Program-made: the position numbers and the translations under genes | Assembly: GCA_012799455.1 (NCBI GenBank) | Contig: JAAZLE010000084.1 | Coordinates: 16,390-80,389 of the forward strand | Origin: Clostridiales bacterium | GTDB lineage: Bacteria; Bacillota; Clostridia; Christensenellales; DTU072 | Direction: 5' to 3' | DNA length: 64,000 nucleotides | Shown here: positions 9,901-16,770 of the stretch, piece after piece | Layout of the letters: each line of letters begins with the position of its first letter | Numbering within the stretch: the first letter of the stretch is position 1 | Notes under the pieces: generated by a model | Told to the model about the DNA's origin: nothing | Database searches by the model: none | Seen by the model: the letters and a program-made list of their open reading frames with translations, nothing else

Positions 9901-11832
9901 CTTATAAAATACAATGGTACGAATACAGATATAATACTTGGCTCTGAAGTTAAGAGTATAGCAGCCGATGTGTTTGAAAATAACACAAATATTGTATCTC
10001 TTGATTTGTCTCAAACTCAAATTACAACAATTCCAAGGAATGCATTTAAGGGCGCTACGTCATTAGCTACTATTACATTTAGCTCCAATATTAAAGAAAT
10101 AGGTGCAAATGCGTTTTATGGTACTGCGTGGTTAGAAAACCAGCTCGCTCAACCCGGTGATGTTTATGTAGTTGTAAATGGGATATTGGTAGCATTTAAG
10201 GCAATCTCTTCAACTATAACGATCCCATCGCAGGTTAGATTCATCCCAGACTACGTATTTAAAAACAACACTACTATTACGACACTAGAATTTGACAACA
10301 GTCATGTTATACTCGCAGACTATGCATTCTATGGTTGCACTAATCTTGATACGATTACGAACGTAGGCTTCATTAGCTACTTGGGGACCAATACTTTTGC
10401 GAACACCAAATACTATGAAGATATTCAAGACGGTTTAATTACAATTAACAATATGCTAGTGGGATATAAAGGAGAACTTGAAAACTTAGTAATTCCTGCC
10501 AGCGTTAGTAGAGTTTTAGCTGGTGCGTTCAAAGGATCATCTGTAGTGAATTTATCGTTTGAAAATAGAACTAATCCTATTGTGATAGAAAAAGAGGCGT
10601 TTTTATCGAGTAGACAGTTATCAAATGTAACTTTAATAACCGAGATCGATGAAATCGGGAAGAAGGCTTTTGCAAATACCCCATGGATAAATTCATTGTC
10701 GACATTGTATGTAGCGGTAAACAATAAGCTCTTAATGTATATAGGTACGAGTAATACGATTTCCATACCAAGCACTATAACAAGTATGGCAAAAGGGATA
10801 TTTACGAATAACAAGTCGATGGTTTCGATTAATTTCAGCAATACGTCTCAAAACGAATTCGTTATCCCCGAAAACTCTTTTTCTGGCTGCACTTCTCTTG
10901 GTACGGTTAATTTACCTAGAAACCCATACATTGGTAAAAATGCATTTTACGGAACCCCATGGATTAGAACTCTTGGCAATTACCCCAAATACAATAATAA
11001 GATATTCGCATACCAAGTACTAGATCTAACAAGCGTAACTCTTCCTTCAGGAGTAACTGGGGTGTATCCATATGTATTCCAAAACAATACACAAATTGTG
11101 AGTTTGGATTTAAGCCAAACGAATATAGAAACGCTCGTCAATGGAGAGTTTACTGGTTGTACTTCACTAGCAAATATTACACTAAACAATTCACTCCAAG
11201 ACTTGAGTATAAGTTCTTTTGCAGGTACTCCGTGGTTAACAAATTACTCCGCAAATAATGGTGGGACAAAGTTTATTATGTTAGCAGGTGTTAGGCTTTT
11301 AGCATATATTTCACCTGATGTAGATGTTGTAATTCCAGCAGCGACTACGCATATAGGAAAACATGCATTCTACAACAATACATCTATTACTAATGTAGAT
11401 TTTTCGCAAGTAACTACCAATATTTCAATACCAACTGAATTGTTTAAAAATTGTACAGGATTAACTACTGTTACTTTAACTGGGTACATAAAATCAGTCG
11501 GCATAGACGCATTTGCAGGTACGCCATGGTATGATTCTTTGGATGATAATTCTGCATACATTGTCGGTGGGAACTTACTATTCTTTAAAGGAACTATAGA
11601 TGAATTCACGGTTCCATTGGAAGTTACTCATATTGGTACAAATGCATTTTACGGTAGTGGCATACAAACGCTGACATTACTAAGCCAAACACCGTGTACG
11701 CTTGGTGCAGGTGATGTGTTAGCGGGTGTAACAACAATATATGTACCCGATACTACTGCCCTTAGTGCTTATACTGCACACGACGCTTGGAGGCGCTATT
11801 CCTCTCTAATAAGAGTGGCACCCTCGCCATAG
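928..11832 (+). CDS. giant (3,634 aa) lipoprotein-anchored cell-surface protein: Ig-like domain + Listeria-Bacteroides (Flg_new) repeats + BspA-type leucine-rich repeats
   Basis: Single uninterrupted 10,905-nt ORF with GGAG 6 nt upstream of the ATG. The N-terminus MAKKIFLILILIVLASMVVLSLTAC is a signal peptide plus lipobox (L-T-A-C, Cys25 at nt 1000-1002). Repeated domain signatures follow (see the two repeat features). There is no LPXTG, SLH or choline-binding motif at the C-terminus (...RRYSSLIRVAPSP). Confidence 0.9.
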   Translation: MAKKIFLILILIVLASMVVLSLTACSGVTIEGISIDSSSEYKTEYAIGDKFDLTGMKILVKRSDGIESSLMLSDIQDEIKILNFDTTKEDDSLEVVVEYKKAQAKFIITVSADATTAALYTVSFDVGLDGAATIEDQRVGKFKTVRNPGEPVKPDGIQKAFDGWYKEIGKINKWNFSVDTIQEDTTIYAKWVDLVPVTFEVVGGPNDGEEIVKYVKMGDELADAPSVPIWEGYDGVWDREVFTRIYTGNIRVKSIYTIKKHTVTFCYYDSEGKLQTIESIEDIPYGTNMYSEYANVLEGIRPPTEIGRTRFTGSWSSELNNITNDATVIAVYTSKECEVSFNLTTSTEILPPVTIIAGNTISVNKRPASPTLEGYRFIRWYKDSGFTVPWDFDLDIVEGNLTLYAKWEKTFPVYYLIGSAYAPSFPDLEESITYQDNEYIIYEEFFVPKEGSVENPTPPSMTGHKAIWSLTGDALKNINSPLYIFAHFSKLEYTVTFMAEDGTVVDEQQVKYQESALDPGQPPIKYGYTFDEDLGYWANSFENITQDTIVRPRYVAKNVNVRVYPKNGYVSPEGDSFYETTAKFDSTIELDDPTPTREGYEFDNWYTEDENPSVSNRWVLSENIIKQEEMVTIYANWLNIYRVRFEEGDSEQLIAEYLVVEGKKLSAMPALPEKIGYTGMWYIYDNGSFIEPVSMAYWNANAIRKNFILKPKYDIKIYNVIFNIDSQIENVVLNVEHGQKIVRPPVGNPSEEVATPDNTAEIALATVGKEFLGWEPEDQIDKVVVENKTFVARFKYKTFKVTWQNKDNVDIYQLNEVEYGKNAEALFNNSGVGIPEKEGHNFTGWDVYPAGESASAVKANITLRPRYEKNTYELAVTNLYSGNDKLPNKNLRDEFNEYVSFGLEPADIIDPTRTGHKFDGWRTTRFSIDRMIVDDITYWVLTNEDYAGSGVKFFDTTKGSLIIYKDQIYRGNNESHGLGQEGWELSNFRIVRDEISGWIDKANTVPEHLNVKSIAFPCNLFYVYGEASDFEARYTINSYTITFDVNTMDDVTNAPANFTAKHNSIPIIPKPQPGRTGFVFLGWYKEIDFTTKWDTTGGGAYMPLTSSYTVYARWEPITADATLGIDYILNQDGTGYIVSSMVNVPSGMTSIVVPNYYAGKPVVGIGNASIYSNPVLASNVVSISLPNTLYQIAPDAFKQCTALETIEIPASVKTISSDAFEGCTSLTSVTFREGTELETIESFAFVGNTSLESVILPETLQRIGEKAFYGCSSLLSVNIPASVRDVGNAAFGNCSKLIRANFNSENPINLGANVFYRNDETYNVLKIYVKGPAKYGTSSANANWQQYYNEGKIVDLNSISTDGLWSYKADGAVGVQLVQYLGNEEIVEIPSKIFIPGVYVEKDVTRILNYAFDARVKEVSFESTVSFERDAFSQAVLLRNINLKILDFIPTSNFDLAYVYRKAGNVLSKLTVTSSKTLQEIFGAETPTNLKEVEIIEQNDYIAEGMFRNCKYIETVRFDTSIREIRNDAFSGAIALKNVYIKSHASPENELNVIGKNAFYGASALANFYISDESDPEVMVPGMPTTINSIGQDAFYGTKWLLNKPSGLVIIGDGIVYTYKQSISLSTVVMIPTNVKKVMDKAFYGNTHITHVIPEDITNSNWKVVGVSAFSNCDSLEAVVLPSGFERIENYAFENSTKLGTLVIFGATSSPYQGIDFINNTLKRWQAGVSVPGIELYVDDNLDAVDKAKYNDLTTSKNISVNYVEGLAINYGSSNEDKWVYSEGSIAGSKIIKSFGDGIECVLPESLSGMGVTEIANNALPRKTTKLSLSLTASVSQYSFAGITRLEELSITAPNESAVDMDGTILRSLMSANNQLSILNTASTYSIKGVLDGYTLPSQIKTVNILPGQLTIETAFLEGCSTVDNINILSLVGEELISTPLEENISAETISALNISITTIKDSAFNGTGWMNALDKDFILVLDGMLVDYKGADSVLRLPTTVKTIGHGVFKDNQQIEIVYIPTSVVKIESLAFNGATNLVKTFLAHTTSPIPTVQNDSFTLDNGKEVFVNSSAHALFQAAENWSVYGTKVEPNVPIIEKEVSRIIRKDITGNVLLDVRSQSYLIDIGGDVTKSTLHWYRDVVVSYDIPNNTPSYEKDTIDYAQYPVVSVRENNEAVIPEDVTSGATTYIITKLGNNVLMSTVTALTIYLDDTVTAYSFSNLRLARTLSIKKTDNLSERTITGKQLTGIINSVGITKINYLGNVTLDALLEIVLTGEPQDRNYRPEGLTAVEILEGAVEIVEILLKDWVNINEIKVPKSVESIGVNAFETTSWYTNYDSVTYGKDMLVVGDKILYKYRGNATSVVIPGNVEIINIGAFSTATGTPGSWSWSSTLGVTSVRFTVDSKATTILGYAFTGCQHLNEFNSPDTLRYVDPTAFDETGFSVSDGLLILSGSQVQGRTVVKYLGDPSVTVINLPADIKIIAADAFKGLTSLANISWGGDASVLAHIGDSAFEGCTSLSTVPLNSGSSSTPHIQSVGKNAFSGTPFANTATFFLRADGKKVVYKQNPTLSFEITPDIYSITDGALYNSESSPTSPAQIVLRVGAKLSQKDMYNLLSMPTVTTFKSNGAVALKDLIGTDKVLSNIVTLFFDDTTTAIVSEYAKDWHSIENINWPVNIRSVGRDAVTGTKWLNDIPSDYVTTGYGMSGILIKYKGLSSDVFINQNINSISTDAFRGNVDITRVEFASASAIDTIPVAAFSGCSSLIEIINIPKTVTSIGQDAFKDTAWLNAQVDLVIINGLLIAYNGNASNIVIPQEVKIIYPYVFAGNKNINSLEIDKYSSLTRIEAGTFAECSSLATVKLSESVRFVDKAAFAGTIWLNNQMSGAGGGFIVYEDTYESIYRLLTYVGTNPQVTIPDKTTEIGEYAFRDNRNITSVNINKTIHIPDYAFNGCTSLGAVTLSSGVTLGSYVFAGTPWFASKTTEFVIVGNGNLIKYNGTNTDIILGSEVKSIAADVFENNTNIVSLDLSQTQITTIPRNAFKGATSLATITFSSNIKEIGANAFYGTAWLENQLAQPGDVYVVVNGILVAFKAISSTITIPSQVRFIPDYVFKNNTTITTLEFDNSHVILADYAFYGCTNLDTITNVGFISYLGTNTFANTKYYEDIQDGLITINNMLVGYKGELENLVIPASVSRVLAGAFKGSSVVNLSFENRTNPIVIEKEAFLSSRQLSNVTLITEIDEIGKKAFANTPWINSLSTLYVAVNNKLLMYIGTSNTISIPSTITSMAKGIFTNNKSMVSINFSNTSQNEFVIPENSFSGCTSLGTVNLPRNPYIGKNAFYGTPWIRTLGNYPKYNNKIFAYQVLDLTSVTLPSGVTGVYPYVFQNNTQIVSLDLSQTNIETLVNGEFTGCTSLANITLNNSLQDLSISSFAGTPWLTNYSANNGGTKFIMLAGVRLLAYISPDVDVVIPAATTHIGKHAFYNNTSITNVDFSQVTTNISIPTELFKNCTGLTTVTLTGYIKSVGIDAFAGTPWYDSLDDNSAYIVGGNLLFFKGTIDEFTVPLEVTHIGTNAFYGSGIQTLTLLSQTPCTLGAGDVLAGVTTIYVPDTTALSAYTAHDAWRRYSSLIRVAPSP
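1282..4275 (+). repeat. array of Listeria-Bacteroides (Flg_new / InlB B-repeat-like) domains, protein-level repeat
   Basis: More than 10 units of about 70-80 aa share one pattern: Y-x-V/I-x-F, then G-Y/H-x-F-x-G-W, then W-x-F, then hydrophobic-Y-A-x-W. Examples: FDGWYKEIGKINKWNFSVDTIQEDTTIYAKW, GYRFIRWYKDSGFTVPWDFDLDIVEGNLTLYAKW, GYEFDNWYTE...VTIYANW, GFVFLGWYKEIDFTTKWD...YTVYARW. Confidence 0.8.
4300..11800 (+). repeat. BspA-type leucine-rich repeat region (~2,500 aa) organised in higher-order cassettes
   Basis: Dozens of units resemble AF-x-GC-x-SL-x-x-hydrophobic-x-IP-x-S/T-V-x-x-IG-x-x-AF. Examples: DAFKQCTALETIEIPASVKTISSDAFEGCTSLTSVTF and AAFSGCSSLIEIINIPKTVTSIGQDAFKDTAW. The repeats are diverged at the DNA level; I saw no long exact nucleotide repeats by eye. 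Confidence 0.85.
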
Positions 11833-12036
11833 AATATCTGTTTGAATTATGAGAACTCGTCAAACAGGGACAAGTTCTGAAAAATGATTACTCTATGTAG
11901 TTATTATGCTACAATTAACTTAGAAGATGACTGTTTACACTTGATACGATAAATGTTTAGTGTGGATACAAACGTATGTTAATATAAAATAATCCAGTAT
12001 AGTCTTATGATTATGACGAACAAAAGGAGATTAAAA

Positions 12037-14748
12037 ATGAAAAAGAAAGTAGCTTTATCGTTAGTTTTAGCCATTATGGTAGGCGCGCTTGTGGTTGCCA
12101 TATTTATATCGGGCTGTAACCCTAATCCGCCACCTTCAGGTGGTAATACCGCGAAAAAGATTATAGAACCTTTAAAGGATTTGGTTGATTATGGACAGGA
12201 AAAATATTATTTAAATATTCCAAAAGCCTCGTATTCTGATTCAAAGTTAGCTAGCGAGACGCAAAAAATCGCAGACAAACAAGATGAGTCTAGAGAGGAT
12301 TTTCTTGAAAACCCTAGCGACGAGTGGTCTAATGAAAACTATTATGCTTTTGATGTTCCACATTTTGAAGAGGTCGATTACACTTTAGAAAATGGTGGGA
12401 AGGAATGGGTGGATGATAAAACCACAACAGTTACAAAAATCTTTTGTTATGCCGATGCTCCTAAAATCATAGAGAGAATGTCTTTAGCTGGTATTGAAGA
12501 GGCTAGGATGATTAAATTAGTTGAGTATATTACTAGAACGGATGATGACTTTAAAGACTATGAACAAGGAGACGATGCAAGATATCCTCTAACAATAGGT
12601 CAAGGCAGCGCGATATTTGATTATGAAAACTTAGATGAAATTACTGACATACGCGACAATTTTAAAGACTATAAAGACCCAGATGGAGATACTGCATTTG
12701 GGAAAACTGAAGATGAGTGGGAAGATTTAGCAAAACTAAAAAAGCGTAAGATATATGGTGAAATTTTTAAAATATTCGAGGAAAAGGCAGACATGTTTGC
12801 AAGATTTCAAATGGAATATATGACATATCAGCTACAAGTTGTAGAAGAAACTATGATCCCCGCTTATTTAAACGAAGAAAGCAATCCTCCGCTCGGCTCT
12901 CCCACCTACACAGAAAGTAGGATTGATTCCGAAAAATTTAAAGATTATATGAGGGATGAGGTTTTCGACTATAGTATGCTATCTAACTTTTTAGCATTTG
13001 CGGAAATTACATTACCTGATGTAAAAGGGGGGATATGGAGACCTACTAAAAAAGATATAGCCATGAGAGTTTATGGATATACTTATCAATATCAGAAAGC
13101 TGAATACAATGTATTAGATGATGCAAAGTATAGAGAATATTTGAGCTTAGGCCACAAAGAATATTTTGCAGACCATGCAGATGCCTTAAAGTATAGAGAT
13201 TATGATAGAAAGTTCTATAAAGAAGCATATCGCTATACTGCAGATTTTTATAAAAAGTATTATAGCGCGCAATTTGAATTCCAAAGTAGACAAGAAGACA
13301 TTGATAGATCAATCTACAAGGGAGTGGGTTTTGAAAATGGTATAGGCTATGCCTTAAATGATAGGACAAAATATACAGATGAGATGCTTGATGGGCTAAA
13401 AATTGGTCTAGAGTCAACTCTAAAACTATCAGATATTAATTATGAATATACTGGTGTTGACACTAACGTAATACGATATAATGCAGCTACAAGAGAGTGG
13501 AAAAAATTAGATGAAAGCACGCAAAAAGTTGCTCAGCAAAAAATTAAAAAGGTGAACATGCAAATAGAGCAATTAAAAACCCAAAAGTATATGTTAGAAC
13601 ATAAAAGCAAAAAAGATTCTGACTTAGTTTACGCTTTACAATATCAAATAAAATCATATAGTGCTGACTATATAAGCGAGATGCAAAGCAATAAAAAAAC
13701 ACAAGTTATACAAAGAAAGAAGTTAGAAAGATTGTTTGCAGTTTTAGAAGGGTTCGAATACACCGAAGACATAGATAAGTTTAAGGCTCAAAACCCCGAA
13801 GTGTATCACGTAAACGCTGTTAGCGAAAAAATAGAAGATTTAGGTAGAACGGTAGCTATGTATAAAAATGTTACTAGTAATTACAGTAAAAGTGACGTTG
13901 AAGAGCAAATGACAGCAGCATCAAATAATGACTGGACTGGAGTTGCTAGAAATATTACTGATACTCTAAATGTTGATTATAAAAAATATAACGATAATAA
14001 AGATAACTGGAAGCACCCCCAAGATCACGTCGATGTGTATTTTGAAGAAAAACTAATTAGGAAAAAGTATGATTGTCAGACAAATGCTACGGAAAATCCA
14101 GAAGAATGTCAAAGAGATCCAAGTTTAAAATATGATGACAATCCTGAGAATCATGCATATTATGTTATTAACGAACATGGAAAGAAAGAAATAGTTCATT
14201 GTCAAAAGGTATATGATAATGAATGGGCTCTTTCACGACTATTAAACACACATGAAGATGTTTTGAGGCACATGAGCGGAACGGTTGAAATCAATTTTAG
14301 AAGAATAGAAGACTTCAGTAAGTATTATGATGATAGTAAAGGTTGGTGGATTCCAGATTCGAACAATGAACCTCCAACATACTTGAGTAGTGTGATTCAA
14401 AAAATAGCTGGACACAAGGTGATATCACAAGCCTATAAAGAATTTGAAATAGTTACACTTGAGCCTGGTCAAAAAATTGGTGAGATTATAAAAAATGATA
14501 AGGGATACGATAGGCAACCTTCATTAACCCAAGACCCTCCGCGTGGAATCAAGGAAAATTCCGAGTTAACGGCAGACCTGAAAATGACACATTCTAGCCA
14601 AACTAATGAATATGTTTTTGATGCATGGTGTGTTGATGAAGAGCTGCTATACCCAGTTGATCCAGATGACCGGTTTAGGTTCAGTATTAAGTTGTATCCA
14701 AGATATACGGTAAGAAACATAAAAGACCCAGATACTATTGGGGACTAG
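12037..14748 (+). CDS. hypothetical lipoprotein (~903 aa), no recognised catalytic domain
   Basis: The ORF-track frame starts at 12007. I prefer the ATG at 12037, which has AAGGAG 7 nt upstream. MKKKVALSLVLAIMVGALVVAIFISGC is a signal peptide plus lipobox (I-S-G-C). The mature protein is rich in D/E/K/Y. The C-terminal NEYVFDAWCVDEELLYPVDPDDRFRFSIKLYPRY resembles a degenerate Flg_new unit. Confidence 0.75.
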   Translation: MKKKVALSLVLAIMVGALVVAIFISGCNPNPPPSGGNTAKKIIEPLKDLVDYGQEKYYLNIPKASYSDSKLASETQKIADKQDESREDFLENPSDEWSNENYYAFDVPHFEEVDYTLENGGKEWVDDKTTTVTKIFCYADAPKIIERMSLAGIEEARMIKLVEYITRTDDDFKDYEQGDDARYPLTIGQGSAIFDYENLDEITDIRDNFKDYKDPDGDTAFGKTEDEWEDLAKLKKRKIYGEIFKIFEEKADMFARFQMEYMTYQLQVVEETMIPAYLNEESNPPLGSPTYTESRIDSEKFKDYMRDEVFDYSMLSNFLAFAEITLPDVKGGIWRPTKKDIAMRVYGYTYQYQKAEYNVLDDAKYREYLSLGHKEYFADHADALKYRDYDRKFYKEAYRYTADFYKKYYSAQFEFQSRQEDIDRSIYKGVGFENGIGYALNDRTKYTDEMLDGLKIGLESTLKLSDINYEYTGVDTNVIRYNAATREWKKLDESTQKVAQQKIKKVNMQIEQLKTQKYMLEHKSKKDSDLVYALQYQIKSYSADYISEMQSNKKTQVIQRKKLERLFAVLEGFEYTEDIDKFKAQNPEVYHVNAVSEKIEDLGRTVAMYKNVTSNYSKSDVEEQMTAASNNDWTGVARNITDTLNVDYKKYNDNKDNWKHPQDHVDVYFEEKLIRKKYDCQTNATENPEECQRDPSLKYDDNPENHAYYVINEHGKKEIVHCQKVYDNEWALSRLLNTHEDVLRHMSGTVEINFRRIEDFSKYYDDSKGWWIPDSNNEPPTYLSSVIQKIAGHKVISQAYKEFEIVTLEPGQKIGEIIKNDKGYDRQPSLTQDPPRGIKENSELTADLKMTHSSQTNEYVFDAWCVDEELLYPVDPDDRFRFSIKLYPRYTVRNIKDPDTIGD

Positions 14749-14812
14749 TATAAGTAGTAAATAATGGATAAACGTTGTCATAGTTTAAGTCATTAGAATT
14801 TAAAAGTAATGC

Positions 14813-14852
14813 CATAACCATCTCTGACTGTAGGGGGTGGTTATGTTTATTT
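14813..14852 (+). terminator. probable intrinsic terminator after the lipoprotein gene
   Basis: CATAACCA (14813-14820) pairs with TGGTTATG (14838-14845) around a 17-nt loop and is followed by TTTATTT. The large loop lowers confidence. Confidence 0.45.
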
Positions 14853-14874
14853 ACTAAACGATATGCAAAATAAC

Positions 14875-14903
14875 TTGATACAGTAGAGGGTTTTTAATAT
14901 AAT
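14875..14903 (+). promoter_or_regulatory. sigma-70-type promoter of luxS
   Basis: TTGATA (14875-14880), 17 nt, TATAAT (14898-14903), located 25 nt upstream of the luxS ATG. Confidence 0.6.
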
Positions 14904-14928
14904 TAGTTAAAAGTTTTAAGGAGTTTTT

Positions 14929-15546
14929 ATGGAGCAAATTAATAGTTTTAAAGTAAATCACTTGAAGATGAAATGTGGTGTGTTTGTAGCAGATAAATAT
15001 ATGATTGGCAATGGAGTTATAACAACGTTTGATTTAAGAATGAAAAAGCCATATCAAGACCCAGTTATGGAGACTGGCTCAATCCATGCATTAGAGCATA
15101 TTATTGCAACCTATTTAAGAAATGATAAAATGTGGGGACATAAAATAATATATTTTGGGCCTATGGGATGCAGGACTGGTTTTTATTTGATAATGCTAGG
15201 AGACTTAATTCCTGAGGATATTTTACCACTACTTGAAAGAACTTTTGATTATGCTGCCGAGTTTGAGGGAGATATTCCTGGAGCAACGCCAAAAGAGTGT
15301 GGTTTTTGCTTAGATATGGATTTAGAAATGGCCAAATATGATGCCGCTCTATACTACAATCTATTAATTGATGCTAAAAAGGCAAATTTAAGATATCCTG
15401 TGGTTAAAGAACGCAAAAAAACGGAGTCAAAAGCTAAGACAACTAAAGGAAAAGGCACTACCAAAAAAACCTCAACTAAGGCAAGTGAAAAGGAATCCAA
15501 TAAGAAAAGTGAAGAAGTAGTGGAAGAAACAAAAGACAAAGACTAA
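14929..15546 (+). CDS. luxS: S-ribosylhomocysteine lyase (LuxS) with a ~45-aa Lys/Thr/Ser/Glu-rich C-terminal tail
   Basis: Carries the metal-binding HALEH motif, GPMGCRTGFY and PKECG, all collinear with LuxS. RBS AAGGAG. The tail is RKKTESKAKTTKGKGTTKKTSTKASEKESNKKSEEVVEETKDKD. Confidence 0.85.
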   Translation: MEQINSFKVNHLKMKCGVFVADKYMIGNGVITTFDLRMKKPYQDPVMETGSIHALEHIIATYLRNDKMWGHKIIYFGPMGCRTGFYLIMLGDLIPEDILPLLERTFDYAAEFEGDIPGATPKECGFCLDMDLEMAKYDAALYYNLLIDAKKANLRYPVVKERKKTESKAKTTKGKGTTKKTSTKASEKESNKKSEEVVEETKDKD

Positions 15547-15632
15547 AATTTAATGAAGACATAGAAGCAAATATAATGTTGCTAACCATTTACACTGGTT
15601 AAATTCAAACAATATTATTATACGAGGAAAAA

Positions 15633-16748
15633 ATGAGAGATAGCAGGCTTGATAAACTAGCAGATGTATTAGTAAATTATTCTTGCAGAGTACAAAAGGG
15701 TGAAAAAGTCCTTATTGAAGCAAGAAATGTTGGACACGAATTAGTTTGTCCGCTAGTCGAAAAAATATATGAAGCAGGCGGAATGCCCTTTGTGAATTTG
15801 TATGAAAATAGGGTTACCCGTACAATTAATATGGGCATGACTGAAGAGCTGGCTAAAACAATGGCAAGATTTGATTCTATGAAAATGAATGAAATGGATG
15901 CATATATTGGCATAAGAGGGGGCAACAATGCTTTTGAATTGTCTGATGTGCCAAGCAAGCAAATGGCTATTTTTGATAAAGAATATAACCACCCCGTACA
16001 TCATGGGATAAGAGTTAAAAAGACTAAATGGGTTGTGTTAAGATATCCACACGAGGGGATGGCTGCACTCGCTAAAACTTCTACGAAAGCATTTGAAGAT
16101 TTTTATTTTGATGTCTGTACTTTGGATTATGCCAAAATGGATAAGGCCATGGACTCACTTTGTGAACTAATTAATAAAACCGATAAGGTAAGAATAGTTG
16201 GTAAGGGTACTGATATCTCATTTAGTATAAATGGAATAGGAAGTGAAAAATGTTCTGGTCTTCGTAACATCCCAGATGGCGAGGTGTATACAGCACCGGT
16301 TAGAGATAGTGTTAATGGCGTTATTTCATATAACGCTCCGTCTGTAGAAAATGGTATAGAGTTTAAGGATGTCAGGTTTGTGTTTAAAAATGGGAAGATT
16401 ATAGAAGCTACTGCGAATAACACTGATGCTTTAAATAAAATATTGGATACAGATGAAGGGGCAAGATACATTGGGGAGTTCGCTTTTGGAGTTAACCCCT
16501 ATATTAATCATCCAATGTGTGATATTTTGTTTGATGAAAAAATATCTGGCTCTATTCATTTCACGCCAGGATCGTGCTATGACGAATGCAACAATGGGAA
16601 CCAAAGTGCTATACATTGGGATCTCGTATTGATACAAACTCCAGAATATGGTGGCGGTGAAATTTACTTTGACGGTGTATTAATAAGAAAAGATGGTAGG
16701 TTTGTATTACCTGAACTTAAATCACTAAATCCAGAAAATTTAAAATAG
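15633..16748 (+). CDS. aminopeptidase, peptidase family M29 (AmpS/PepS-like)
   Basis: 371 aa. The N-terminus MRDSRLDKLADVLVNYSCRVQKGEKVLIEA and the C-terminal GEFAFGVNP...HWDLV pattern are typical of M29 thermophilic-type aminopeptidases. Confidence 0.7.
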   Translation: MRDSRLDKLADVLVNYSCRVQKGEKVLIEARNVGHELVCPLVEKIYEAGGMPFVNLYENRVTRTINMGMTEELAKTMARFDSMKMNEMDAYIGIRGGNNAFELSDVPSKQMAIFDKEYNHPVHHGIRVKKTKWVVLRYPHEGMAALAKTSTKAFEDFYFDVCTLDYAKMDKAMDSLCELINKTDKVRIVGKGTDISFSINGIGSEKCSGLRNIPDGEVYTAPVRDSVNGVISYNAPSVENGIEFKDVRFVFKNGKIIEATANNTDALNKILDTDEGARYIGEFAFGVNPYINHPMCDILFDEKISGSIHFTPGSCYDECNNGNQSAIHWDLVLIQTPEYGGGEIYFDGVLIRKDGRFVLPELKSLNPENLK

Positions 16749-16770
16749 AAACATACTGTTAAAAGGTGAG

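Noticed and set aside
1488-11609. About 12 minus-strand ORFs of 61-138 aa inside the giant gene (e.g. 1728-2114, 8178-8528, 10425-10841)
   Set aside because: All are antisense to a continuous 10.9-kb ORF with clear domain signatures. None has an SD or a recognisable motif. Their Ser/Leu/Val-rich composition is typical of shadow frames.
11955-11975. TGTGGATAC, a one-mismatch DnaA-box-like sequence
   Set aside because: It is a single copy with no cluster of boxes and no adjacent AT-rich unwinding element or dnaA/dnaN genes. I judge it a chance match.
13046-13417. 123-aa minus-strand ORF inside the lipoprotein gene. Similar antisense ORFs occur in the ABC, GH13, leuS, gap and other genes (e.g. 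27712-28215, 38046-38253, 39574-39972).
   Set aside because: These are antisense or off-frame shadows of well-supported genes, with no independent signals.
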